In this document: piece by piece, positions 10,151-22,345 of the stretch
How positions within the stretch are numbered: position 1 is the stretch's first letter
Layout: every line of letters begins with the position of its first letter
From: Chiloscyllium plagiosum
Taxonomy: Eukaryota
NCBI RefSeq assembly: GCF_004010195.1
Contig: NC_057748.1
Span: 18,338,154-18,396,974 of the forward strand
Length of the DNA stretch: 58,821 nt
Direction of reading: 5' to 3'
Made by a program: the position numbers and the translations under genes
The notes under the pieces: model-generated
The model's input: only the letters and a program-made list of their open reading frames with translations
What the model was told of the DNA's origin: nothing
Databases searched by the model: none

Positions 10151-13100
10151 TGTAGATAATCAGAAAATGGAGTTTAATACAGTCAATACTTTTTTGAATG
10201 GCAGAGCAGACGTGAAGGATTGTATGACCTACTCCTGTTGCTAATTCATGTGGCAAAGACTAGAAATGGTATAAAATAGAACTAATTTGCATTTGCAACA
10301 ATAATCTGGAGGAGTCTCTGATGCTGCCTCATGAGCTGAATATTTCCAGCGTTTTCTGTTTTTATATCACTTTTCCAGGAGCTGCAGTATTTTGTTTTGT
10401 AATTCACTAATCTAGTCTGGCCTGACACTGAATTCCCCCGAGGCAACTATGAATGGACAATGCAGTGTTGCCACTCCTAGGAACAGATTGAGTTCAGAAA
10501 GAAAATTCCATCTGTTTAACTATTGCAAATGAATATGGTTAGTGTGTCACAATTCTTCATCAAATACACTGCTGTTGAAAACGCTAATAAAATTTTGCAT
10601 TGTCCATTGGTGGTTAATGTGTATCATCGACGCTTGCATTTTATTTACTAATCTGACACAACAAAACTAAAGCCAGGACTGAATTGTGCAATTTGTGGAA
10701 GAGATCACTGGCCAGTCATGTATAAGCCCTTTGATACTGCCTTGATACATTGCTTTTCCTGTAGGCAGTGCAAGTTTCACACTGTCCAGTCACTGAAACG
10801 AATTTCCAGTGTATCCATTCCCCACAACATCATAAAAGTGACACAGTACATATACAATATATATCCACCTTGTATGAAGGATCAGTTTGTACTTTTGGAG
10901 GTCATTTTGGTAACACATACTGAAATTTTTTGGATACTTTAAGTCGTAGAAGTGGAACTAATTGGACAGCATTTGCTCATGTGTTGCAGCAGCAGTGACT
11001 CTACCTCTGGGGCAAGAAGGTTCAATTCCCACTCGCTATGGAAGTATGTCATAATATATGCCCAAGAAAGTTGATTTAAAAATGATTTTAAAACAGCTCA
11101 TATGGCCTCATTCTGACTTATAAAATGCAAATTAGGACTGCTAGGCATCAATTAAGATTGAATTAACAACAAAAATGCTTTTTGTTTTGAAAAGGATGCA
11201 AACAAAAGTCTCCTAAGTGTAAGGAGAACAAAAGGAACCCTATTAAAGCACATATTGTTCGTGTACAGAATTGTTTTCTCTGATGTACCCTGGCTGAGAA
11301 AGATATGACCCCTTTCTGTGATGCAACATCTATTTAATAACCTGAGATTACACAGTAATTAATAAAGTGATCAAATGATAAACATAGAGCAGTCTTATGC
11401 ACTATGCAATGGGGTGCTGCACATGAAGGCACATGCAGAACACCACACAGAACAATCTCCTGCAATGCTCAGGAGTCTTCAGGTATGGTAACGGTGAACC
11501 ATTCTCCATCATACATTTGGCCAACTGTCATTAAGGTGCAGAGAAAAATAATCACCTGCAGGATGAAAGTACGAAATAAACCAGATAACATAGGGGAACC
11601 TTTAGCAGAGTTTCAAATGTTCTGATGAGTCCCAAATCATCAAACATTTTTCTCTTTTTCAGTTGCTGTCAATTTCCAATGTTCCTGCATTTTCTCTAGG
11701 AAGAAGAATAACATTTCAGAATGAAAAGTCAAAGATGAGATGAAAAGCAAGAAGGGAGGGATGAGATGATGTACTATTCAAATGAATTGTTCTGAACAGT
11801 ATGTAAGTTGCAGGATTCCATTTGCAGAGTTCAAACTATTATTGCAGAGAGGAAAATCTGTGTGTTGCGGCCACAGAGTCTAGACACATCCCTGTGATGA
11901 GCAAGGAGAAATAAAAGAGTTGCCTAATATCTGCTGTCACACATGCTTCATCTGCAACATAGTTGAAGGTGCTGGTCACCACTCCATTCTCCTAGATACA
12001 GATGGAGAGAAAACAAGAATCGGGAGAGGAAAAACTTACTTGAAACAAATAGGACTTTATCTCCATTTCATAAAAAAGTGCAATTTTTTTTTGAAGAGCC
12101 CTTTTGTGACACAATGGTAGTGTTCCTACTCCTGAACTGGGAGGCCTGGGTTCAAGCCACACCTGCTCCTCATGTGAATAATAACACCCCGAACAGGTTG
12201 ATTAGAAATATAGGTGAAACATTTAGTTCCAGTTTTGTTTTCAATGTTTTCTGCCATTATTTTAATAAACTGTCAATACAACTTATAAAGGAACTACTCA
12301 CAGGTAACACTGAACTCATGCAATTGGCCACATCATAATATACAGATTAGTGATGTGTTTCTTGCTTAAGAATTTTAATCTTGATTATTAATTTACTGGA
12401 ATGAAAGGTTGCTTAAAGAGTCAGTTATTTAATGAAAAATATTACTGACACACTATATTATGGCATGTTAGATCGATATATTGACATATAGGCATGTTAA
12501 ACCACATAGGCATGTTAAGTCACATTTAAACATTTTGGACTCTCGAATATGTATACAAATAGATACCAATGGACAATAACCCACATTGCTTCTACAGCTG
12601 CATTTAAAAAGAAGATCCTTCATCTCCTGACAGAAGCCCCTTAATGTCAAACCCCAAATGACCTTTAGCACCCAATCCGATTGTCCCTTCACCACAAGAT
12701 GGTAGCTTCTGAAGAGTTGTTCACTTAGAAAGATATCACAACCTTTCTGAACTAACCACAAACACAAAATTTATAGCATGGATGCAAGCAACAGATGGCA
12801 ACACAGGAATATGCAGCGCAGAGAATAAACAGGCCACATACAAGAAACATTCTCTTTAAGATGCATCTTAAATTCAAATGGACCCTTCAATGCAACAAGC
12901 AGCTGCAGACATCAAACAGACGTTAGAGGGAACAGTAGTCTTGGATCCAGAATGGTAATCCTGATTGATTTTTATTTCTCTAGTCCAGTAGTACAACAGC
13001 CAGATTTAATGACCCGATAGCAGCACATGACATCTTTTTGCTAGCTTTAAACAGACATTTCCACTCAGTACAGCTCAGCACCATAGCGGTTTTCAATTAC

Positions 13101-13734
13101 ACACATCACCAGCACAGGGTTTTAAACAGTTGAGGTCAGAAACTACCTGTCATTTGCCATGATAATACTTGGGAGAGATTACGATAAAAAAAAATTCTGT
13201 TCTACAGAAAAGAGTTTGGAGGGAGTTGAAGGCTTGTGACGATCAACACCAAATGTTCAAAGGGGAGCCAAATGAGTTCCTAGCTATAGTTGATATCAGA
13301 GTGTGAATCTAGGATGTGCCGCATAGTAACCATCATCTCCTGAAATCTGAAGTCAGAGAGGAAAGGTTCCATGTTTAGATTCCAATTTGGCCAAGGGTCT
13401 TCATCTCACACTCGGGGGCAAGGTGCTTGGTTATTCCGTGTCTGTGTAGCACAGGTGCGATTCACCGGCCAATCTTTGCCCATCATTTTAGTTAAAAAAA
13501 GTTCTCAAGTATTGTTCCAGAATCTTATTGTACAATCTTCTGTCCTGGAGGATAGATAAATACTATTCCGGGTTTTACATATCTGGACAGAATAAAATAC
13601 TGTGATATGCTGGCATCACTGTATGTCATGCAGAGTTATGACATTGAATGGAGATGCTGGAATAATTGGGACTCTTCTTGTCACTTACTGCAGTTCATTA
13701 TAAATTATGGAGGCATCAGCGCAAGGGCTGCTTG

Positions 13735-13898
13735 CTAACGGTCAGCCCAGATTTGTTCTAATTCGTGTAATTCCTTGGGACAATCTGCAGACAGAACAAT
13801 TGGCCCTTCTTCTGTTATCAAAACGTCATCCTCAATCCGAATTCCCATTCCTCGGAATCTTGAAGGAGCTGATGTGTCATGTTCTGGGATGTAGATTC
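13735..13898 (-). CDS. XPNPEP3: XPNPEP3 exon 10 (last coding exon)
   Basis: acag|GA ATC TAC...; encodes (G)[53 protein letters not shown], including the M24 RIEDD metal ligand. 164 nt. Confidence 0.95.
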
Positions 13899-14819
13899 CT
13901 GTAGTGGAATGAAAGATCCCAAAAGCAAATTTATCAGTTGCGTAGTAAAGGTCAAGCTTTGAAGTAAAATGGCCACTTATGATAGCATAAGCAAGAGTAC
14001 ATGAAATGTTGTGGGTTAGCATCTTACATAGCAAAGTGCCAATTTCAAAGTGACTTTTGCAAAGGTGGATGTTTTCCTGAAAGAAAGGAAGAAGGGGGAG
14101 AGTGAAGTGAGTAAGGGAGAGTGAGAATGAGAGAGAAAAAAAGAAAATAAAACAGGCAGAAAGTGATTAACTCTGGCACTTCTTTCATTGGAAGTTTTAA
14201 GTTGTAGATCAAGATATTCAAACAATTTGCAGTCAGCATCCTCAAGCAGAGAGGCTAAAACTTGGGGAGGGTGGCAAAATATCAGGGAAAAAGTTTCAGA
14301 AGGTGCCTAGAAAAAGCCTCCTTATGATATAATTGCCTTAAGCATAAGTCGGCAAAGATGTCAAGTGGTTTAAAGTAAGGAGGCTGAAGATGTGGAGGTC
14401 TTTATAGAACTAAATGGGGTAACAGGCTTACATTCGATAATCATCCCTGATGTTTGTGGATGATGTTTGAAAATGAATGACAGGCAAAGGGGGTAAAGGG
14501 TCTGTGACCTTTCGGACTGGTCCAATTGATCTACAATCATATTTATTTGAGTAGTTGTTTATGAGGGCTGGGGTGATTAGTATGGACAACATCTTTAGGT
14601 AACCATTGTCTCGAAGTATTTTTTAATACTCTTACGTTAATTCGTTCGTGGGATGTGGACCTCACTGACGAGACCAATGCTTACTGCTTATCCCTAATTA
14701 CCTTTGATAAAATTATAGTGAGCCACCTTCTTGAACCATGTGGTGTAAGGATATCTATAGTGCTGTTAGGAATGGGGTCCAGGATTCTGATCCAGCAACA
14801 GTGAAGGAATGGCAATGTA

Positions 14820-15870
14820 GAAAGTGCTAGGGAAATCTACAGAGAGAGAAACAGAGATAATGTTTCGAGTATAAGAGGACTTGTCTTCAGAACTGAAGGG
14901 GGCACAAAAATTATGCTGTTGACAAAGGGAAGCGGAGGAGTAAGTGGAAATGATGGTGAGGGTGCCCACAGCAAAAGGCAAAGGGAATGCTAATAGGATC
15001 ACAGGATAAACATAGATGAACAGTAAGTGTCATGGTAGGTGTTAAAAGCATGACGATTGATAAGAAATGGGGGAGGGGGAAAGATGGGAGAGAGCAGAAG
15101 GGAGTATAATCAATATAGAGGTCAGTGTTCATGGTCTGAAGTTGTTGAACTCAATGTTAATTTCAGAAGACTGTAAAGTGCCTAAGCGGAAAATGGCATG
15201 CTGGAACAATGCAGCATGCCGAGGAAATATTAGCATGAAAGCAAGATGCTATATTGAAATGGCAAGCAGCTGGAAGGTTGGGATCATCTTATGGACAGCG
15301 CTGAGGTGTCCTGCAAAGCGGTCACTTAGGCTGCGTTTGATCTTGTCAATGCCGAGAAGCCTGCACTTTGAGCAGCGAATGCAGTAGTCAAGAGTGAAAG
15401 AAGTACAAGCAAATCACTGCTTCGCCAGGAGGTTTGTGTTGGGCCTTGGACAGTGAGGGGGGTAGAGGTAAAAGGGCAAGTGCATGGTATGGTGCCACAG
15501 GGGAGTGAAGATGTGCTTAGAGTAAAGGATGAATGGGCCAGGGTATGGGGGAGGGGGGGAATGGTCCTTACAAAATACTGCCAAGGGAGAGGAGGGGAAT
15601 AAATGCTTGGTTGTGGTATTCTAATGGAGCTGGCAGAAATGGTGGAGGATGATTCTTTGAATGCAAAGGCTGGTAGAATGTAAATTAAGGACAAGTTGTT
15701 GTTCTGTGATGGAGGGGAATGGGGCGAGGGCAGATATGGCGCAAATGGGTCAGATATGGCAGCGGGTTCGGTCAACCACAGTGGGGCAGAGTCCTCAGTT
15801 GAGGAAAAAGGAAGACATGTTGGGAACAGCCCTGTTAAAGATGGCATCATCAGAACAGATGTGACAGATA
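14820..15870 (-). mobile_element. Old Penelope-like element fragment
   Basis: Homologous to 8915-10150 (atggcatcatcagaacagatg; ttgaggaaaaaggaagacat). PLE-type terminus near 14830-14890. Confidence 0.75.
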
Positions 15871-16317
15871 TATTTGACATGTAACTAATTACTTCAGGCC
15901 ACACAAAGACACCAATGAAGGAGGAAGGACAAAGTATTTTAGTGGTATTATTAGTTAACATTTTGCTGGAAAAATGGTATTCTTTTGGGAGACTTTGCTG
16001 GAGCTTTGATCATAGGTCCTGCTTGTTGTGGTTCATGGACATTTTTAAATCGACCCTATAGACTAACAAATAGAAAACGTCTGACAGAGAGACTGGCAGA
16101 CATTTCGATAAGTATGCTTTCTTGTTAGTAAATGCACCAAGGTTGTTACCTGAAGTGAATGGGTGTGTCAGATGTCCAAATAATGGGCTATGATTGTCAG
16201 AACGTCAGTTCGAATTTAGCACAAGGCAAAAACTAGTTGTCAGGGGTTCAACCTAATCGCTGACCTTATGTGCAGGACTCAGTTTTTCAAACTTACTGTC
16301 GGACAAGTGTTTCTTAC

Positions 16318-16438
16318 CAGGTTCAATTGTCACCACCATCCCAGGCTGGAGGGCTATGGACCGGGAGATGCCTGGCGTGTCGTGGACGTCCATCCCTAGA
16401 TAATGTCCGACATGGTGCGGGCAATAATTCACAGCAGC
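16318..16438 (-). CDS. XPNPEP3: XPNPEP3 exon 9
   Basis: gcag|GCT...CCT G|gtaaga; 121 nt; AAVNYCPHHVGHYLGMDVHDTPGISRSIALQPGMVVTIEP(G), with the aminopeptidase-P HHVGHYLGMDVHD and TIEPG motifs. Confidence 0.97.
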
Positions 16439-16689
16439 CTGCAGGGATAGAACAGAACTCTGCTCAATGGCAATAGGGAAATCTCTTTGTCCAATATATG
16501 CTATAATTTTCTAAAAAGAATGTAGGGAGATTCCCTTAGTGGCATAAATGTTGGTCCTGCCCTTCTATGTGTCCCCACAAACAGAACCTTGCTATAATTT
16601 ATCATTTGATAGATGGCACTTTTAAAAGTGCAACTCTCCCTCAGTAGTTACATGCTCAAGTCCCAAAATGCAGCATGGGTATAGCAAAA

Positions 16690-17110
16690 GAAAAAGAACA
16701 ACTTGCATTTATACAATCTTTATTTCACAAAATCTGAATGTCTCAATGGGCTTTACTGCTAATAACATATATTTGAATAATAGTCCTGGTTATTGGAAGG
16801 AAGGAAGCACGACAGTCAAAAGACATTCAGCAAACGCACATAACAGCAAATCATAATGATCGGATGGTGTAAATTTGTGATGTAGATTTAGGGAATTAAC
16901 GGGACAACTCCCCCGATCTTCCTTGAAATAGTGCCAAGGGATCTTTTACATCCAGCGATGTAGGGCCTTGGTTTCATGTTTCAGCGGGAAAACAGCACCT
17001 CTGACGGTGCAGTAGTCCGTCAGCAGTGCAGTGGAGTATCAGCCTTGATGTTCATGCTCAAGCCCTACAGTGAACTCTCGGGACTCAGTGACAGGAATGT
17101 TACCAATTAA
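16690..17110 (-). mobile_element. Deu-domain SINE (SacSINE1/AmnSINE1-like)
   Basis: Reverse strand has gcaccgtcagaggtgctgttttcccgctgaaacatgaaaccaaggcc…aaaagatcccttggcactattt, matching the recalled Deu-domain core. A related fragment lies at ~27590-27860. Confidence 0.65.
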
Positions 17111-17488
17111 ATGATGTCTAAACCATGTCTAATTGTCAAAGTAAGGGAAGGGAACAGAGCTCCTAGGTTGAAACTCAATCCTGCTGACATTTCTGCTTAA
17201 GCTTTGCTGGCTTCAAAACACTGAATACATTTCAAAAATATTTTATTAATTGTAAAACACATTGCTACATCTTAAAGAGAAGAAGTTTATTATTTATTTC
17301 CAACAGTTGCAGTGGTGAGATTTGAACCAGTGTCCACAGAGAATTACCCTGGCACCTTTGGATTACTGCATCAGTGACATGACTGCTACGCTACCCTCTC
17401 CTCCATGCAAAACTTTTTCAATTTAACATTTTACAAACTCAGTGAGCTTAACCTATAGGCTATAAATGTGCCAGTACTTGGTGTTAAC

Positions 17489-17672
17489 CTTGTAAGCATC
17501 ATTCGGGTTAGAGTTCTTCTGCAGGATCCCTATGTCTTTCAGCTTTTGTCCAAGTGTGGTCAGCATGAAAGTGTAGATATTTTCCAGACTAATACTAGGA
17601 ATGCAGAGGCTTAGGCAGGACTTCTGTACATCAAGGACGGCCTGGTACAGCTCAGCTTGAGGTCCTGTGAAT
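17489..17672 (-). CDS. XPNPEP3: XPNPEP3 exon 8
   Basis: gcag|A TTC ACA...TAC AAG|gttaac; 184 nt; (R)[61 protein letters not shown]. Confidence 0.95.
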
Positions 17673-17769
17673 CTGCAACAAAGCAAGTAAGTCTCAGGAT
17701 TTTCCAACAGTATGTCAGCAAGGTTTTACATGTCACACATTTTCACAGGAGGCAGGTTAGGAGAATTAC

Positions 17770-18145
17770 GACCTTATAGAGGTTTATAAAATCATGGGGG
17801 GAATGGATAGGATAAATAGATAAAGTCTTTTCCCTTGGGTGGGGGAGTCCAAAGCTAGAGGGCATTGGTTTAGGGCAATAGGGGAAAGATATAAAAGGGA
17901 CCCAAGGGGCAACATTTTCATGCAAAGGGTGGTGCGTGTATGGAATTGGCTGCCAGAGGAAGTAGTGGAGGTTGGTACAATTGCAACATATAAAAGGCAT
18001 CTGGATGGGTTTATGAATAGGAAGGGTTTAGTGGGATATGGGCCAAGTGCTGGCAAATGGGACTAGATTAGGTTGGGATATCTGGTCAGCATGGACGAGT
18101 TGGACCGAAGGGTCTGTTTACGTGCTGTACATCTCTATGACTCTA
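17770..18145 (+). mobile_element. CR1/HER1 3'-end fragment
   Basis: GDLIEVYKIM…RGH.F…GNIFMQRVVRVWN motif plus tail …ctgtacatctctatgactctatg. Confidence 0.9.
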
Positions 18146-20545
18146 TGTACCAAAGGGAAGCAGGCTATTTATCCTAACACATCCATGCCAGTGTTCATGC
18201 TCCACATGAACTTCATCCAATTTACTTCAGCTCATCCCACCAGCATATTCATCCATTACTTTTTCTTTCATGTGCTATTTGCTATGCTAAGTTCCCCATT
18301 TAGTCACTCTCTTTAACTCATGCTCTGGAACAAAATTCCAAATAATTCCCTCACACGTAAGTTTTAAACCGGCCTTTTCAATTTTCAAACTAATTAAAAT
18401 GCAACTGTACACAAACACTTTTGCAAGTGTTTCTCTCGTTTGTTTTGCATTGCTTGAAGGTTGCATGACATTCCCTACTGAAGTTAGGAGCTTTCAGATC
18501 ATCACTGTCACCCACTCGTCCGCAACATGCATTGACCTTTAGCAGCTTTCATTCCCATTGGTCATGAAATCATCGTATGTGTAAAGGCAGCCTTGACTTT
18601 TCGCCATTTGCTTTATGCATCATCACATGTTGCCTTTCCAACACATTGACTCAACTTCATCCCCTATTATACCAACTTCATGCAGTGTCTTTAAATAGGA
18701 CTGCTTCTAAGGGACAAACCTACAATTTAAGGATGACAAAGCAAACTACTGCAGATGCTGGGAACTTGAAATAAAAACAAAGTGCTAGAGAAACTCAGCA
18801 GATCTGGCAGCATTTGTGGAGAGAGAAACAGACTTAATGTTTCAAGTAGAAAATGACTCCTCTTTGGATGTGCTTTAAATATTAACCATCAGACCTTTGC
18901 TTAAGGTTAGTTCAAGCAGAGGGCTCTTTAGGGAAAAAAAAATTACATTTTATTTTTTCACTTTTATTCCATATTTTCTACAGAGATATAATTGAAAAGT
19001 AGGATGGTCATATTAAACTACACTGTGTTTGGTTTTGGTCTCCATAGTATTAAAAGGATTTGCCCCTGAAGAAGGGGAAAAACAATTTTCCAAGGAAGCC
19101 ACCCTCTCAGAGTTGAGAAGATATATGAATCAGGCAAAACTGGACAGACTAGGGCTGTTATGCTAAAAAAGAGAAGGCCAAGGGAAGATTTAAGCTTTTA
19201 ATTATAAGGACTTTGAGACAGTAGATGTAGAGAAGATGTTTTCACATGTGGAATGAGTACAAAACTACAAGCAATAAAAATAAGACAGCCGTTAATAAAT
19301 GCAATAATGAAGTCAGAAGAAATCTACATTTTTATGGATAATGTAGTTAGAATGTGGAACTTCAGTAGTTGAGGCACCTTAGATGCATTTAAGAAAGTAA
19401 ATAAGCAAATGAGAGAGGAAGGAACAGAACATATATTTATCAGGTGGGAGAAACACCAACATTGATGTGGACCTGTTGGGCTGAAATAATCTGTGCGTGT
19501 GTGCGCGTGCTGATTAATTGCGGTAGAGAAGATCCCATTCCTCCCCTGTATACACTATAAGGCTGAAGTTAGTTCCACAGACAGCAGCAGCCATCTGTAC
19601 CTCAGGATTCCTTGTGTTTTCTCCCACACAATGAACATCCAGTATTCAACAGAATCATGACAAGAATCTGATCCTATTCATCTTGACACATGTACATTCC
19701 CGAGCTAGGGAAGTCACTGGATTGGAAATGGGACAGGAAATACTAGATGAGATTCTCTCTCTTTTATTTCATGTTCCTGATGGGTGAGTGTGGCTCTACT
19801 GCTCTCTTGGCCGAGACTTGGTACTGAACCTTCTTATGTGGACTACTGAATTCTAAATAAGGTATTGTAGTCTCTAAGTGATTTACTGCAGTGCGAGCAG
19901 TTACCTTTTCATCAGTAAACACTATAAGGGCAACTGAGGCTCATTTGTACAGCTAAGGCAGGCACTAAGGACTAATAGTAGGTGCAGTAACAAAGGAGCT
20001 CGCAGAGCAGAAACGTCTTCTGAGAAGCACTCTGAAATACCTGTCAAATGAGTGCTCTTGAGAAGTGATTGTTTGTTACAATCCAATTGTTGAAGTAGTT
20101 GCACAAATAAAGAGATATTATGACTGTAGTAAAGAATCAGTTACATAAGGACACCTTGTTTTGACGCTATTGAACATCTGTTGCTATAGATTGAACAGAG
20201 AAGATAGAGAATAAATAGAGAAGAGATGCTCTGTTTCCCAGCCAGTAAAGATGACTATGAAAGCAAGGTAAAACATTGGTTGTGACAATAAATAGCATAC
20301 AACGAAGGACAGTGCCGGGGAAGTGGTGGAGACTGGCACGATTACATTTAAAAGACACCTGGGGGGATCTAAGATGGCGGCGATCTGAGAAGATCACACT
20401 GCAGAGCTTCGCATTGCAGCAGGAGCAGGATGATCCTTTAACCTGCCCAACCCAGGTCATCAGGATTTCTTGGGGCGTTGGAAAGAATGTGGAGCCCTAA
20501 GAAACATTTAAAAATTGACTTACCTGTATTTTCAGCTGTCCAGAA

Positions 20546-21752
20546 ATGCCTAAAAAGGGAGGAGGAGCATCCGAGGCTTGGTCTGCAGCTCAGCCTGCAG
20601 CAGCCTCGGAGCCGATTACTCTCCAGGACGTGGTGAACCAGCTCTCGAAATCTCGCGAGATGTTGGGGAAACAGATTGAAGAGAAGCTGGCTCCAGTCTC
20701 TCTCATGCTGCAGAAGCATGAGCAGCAGCTGGGAGACCTGGAGAAGAGGACGGATGAGGTGGAGCACAGGGTCACAGTGGTGGAAGCTGATGCCAGTTCA
20801 TTCAAGGAAGACATCCAAGCCCTGAAGACGCAGGTTCGTAATTTGCATGACCAAGTGGATGATCTTGAAAACAGGGGCAGGAGAAAAAAACATTCAGATC
20901 ATCGGTCTGCCCGAGGGTAAGGAAGGTGAGCGGCCTGCGGAATTTGTTGAAGATTGGCTTCCAAAATCCCTTGACTTGAGACTGGCATGAGAGGATTGAA
21001 GATAGAGAGCGCTCACCGGGTCGCAGCACCGAGGTTGGGTCTGGGTCAACACCCTCGTCCTTTCCTGGTGCGGTTCCATCATTACCGGGATAAGGAGAGA
21101 GTCATGGAGGCTTCCAGACTCCAGGGGAAGGATCCAAAAGCCCTAAATTACAAGGGGTCTAAGATCATGTTTTTTCAGGACTTTNNNNNNNNNNNNNNNN
21201 NNNNNNNNNNNNNNNNNNNNNNNNNNNNNNNNNNNNNNNNNNNNNNNNNNNNNNNNNNNNNNNNNNNNNNNNNNNNNNNNNNNNNNNNNNNNNNNNNNNN
21301 NNNNNNNNNNNNNNNNNNNNAGGAAGGTGAGTGGCCTGCGGAATTTGTTGAAGATTGGCTTCCGAAATTCCTTGACTTGGAGACTGGCATGAGAGGATTG
21401 AAGATAGAGAGGGCTCACCGGGTCGCAGCACGGAGGTCAGGTCTGGGTCAATACCCTCGTCCTTTCCTGGTGTGGTTCCATCATTACCAGGATAAAGAGA
21501 GAGTCATGGAGGCTTCTAGACCCCAGGGGAAGGATTGAAAGGCCCTAATTTATGAGGGGTCTAAGATCATGTTTTTTCAGGACAGTGATCCAGAAACGAA
21601 AATCGTATGATGGTGTCAAGAGAAGATTGAAGGAGCTTGGGATTCAGTACTCCCTGAGATATCCAGAGGTGCTTCGGATCACCTTAGATGGGTCCATGCA
21701 TCTCTTTGACACATCCGAGAAGGCAAGAGACTTTGTGGACAAACTAACCTAA
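20546..21752 (+). pseudogene. L1 ORF1p (coiled coil, RRM, CTD), frameshifted; spans a gap and a duplicated segment
   Basis: Heptad coiled coil, then DDLENRGRRKN(IQIIGLPEG), IE.AHR…RPFLVRFH.Y.DKERV, FQD and YSLRYP…L.I motifs of L1 ORF1p. Confidence 0.9.
21185..21320. other. Assembly gap
   Basis: Run of N. Confidence 1.
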
Positions 21753-22345
21753 TTTAAACAATTGTAGTATGTATAAATATTGTTGCTTGGGTGTGTGTTG
21801 ATCATTCTGTAAAAGAAATGCAGGAAATCCGATTGGAGCTTTGTTTTCACCCTTTTTTTTCCTCTATTGATAATAATTTGGTTCAAACTATGTCTGGAGG
21901 TGGTTTTAAATTTCTAAGTTAGAACATACCAAAGGATGGGTGGGTTATTTATTCCCCTTTTTATTAATAAAATAATTTTTAAAAATTTATATTGATATTC
22001 TATGGGGTGTATATTCTTTTTAGCTTGTGCTTGCGATGTGGCTCTAGCTGGGAGAAGTGAAGGTGGTTGACATGGTTAGATGCCTATTTATGGGCAGTTC
22101 GGGACGGGTAGTTGCCCCCCCTTGGCAGGGGGTGAGTTCCCCTACTCAGCGCTATTGGCGCTTTATATGTTGGTTTGTTTTCTGTTTTTTGTTGTTTTTT
22201 ATTTTTAATAATTTTGTATGTTTGTTAAATGTAGTGGTTTTATTTTACGTAGTTTTTATATTTGGTGGACCATGCGACACTAAGGCTAAGGAATTTGTGG
22301 TTCAGGTTCCTCCTCTCTGGAATTTAAATGTAATTGCAGAAGATT

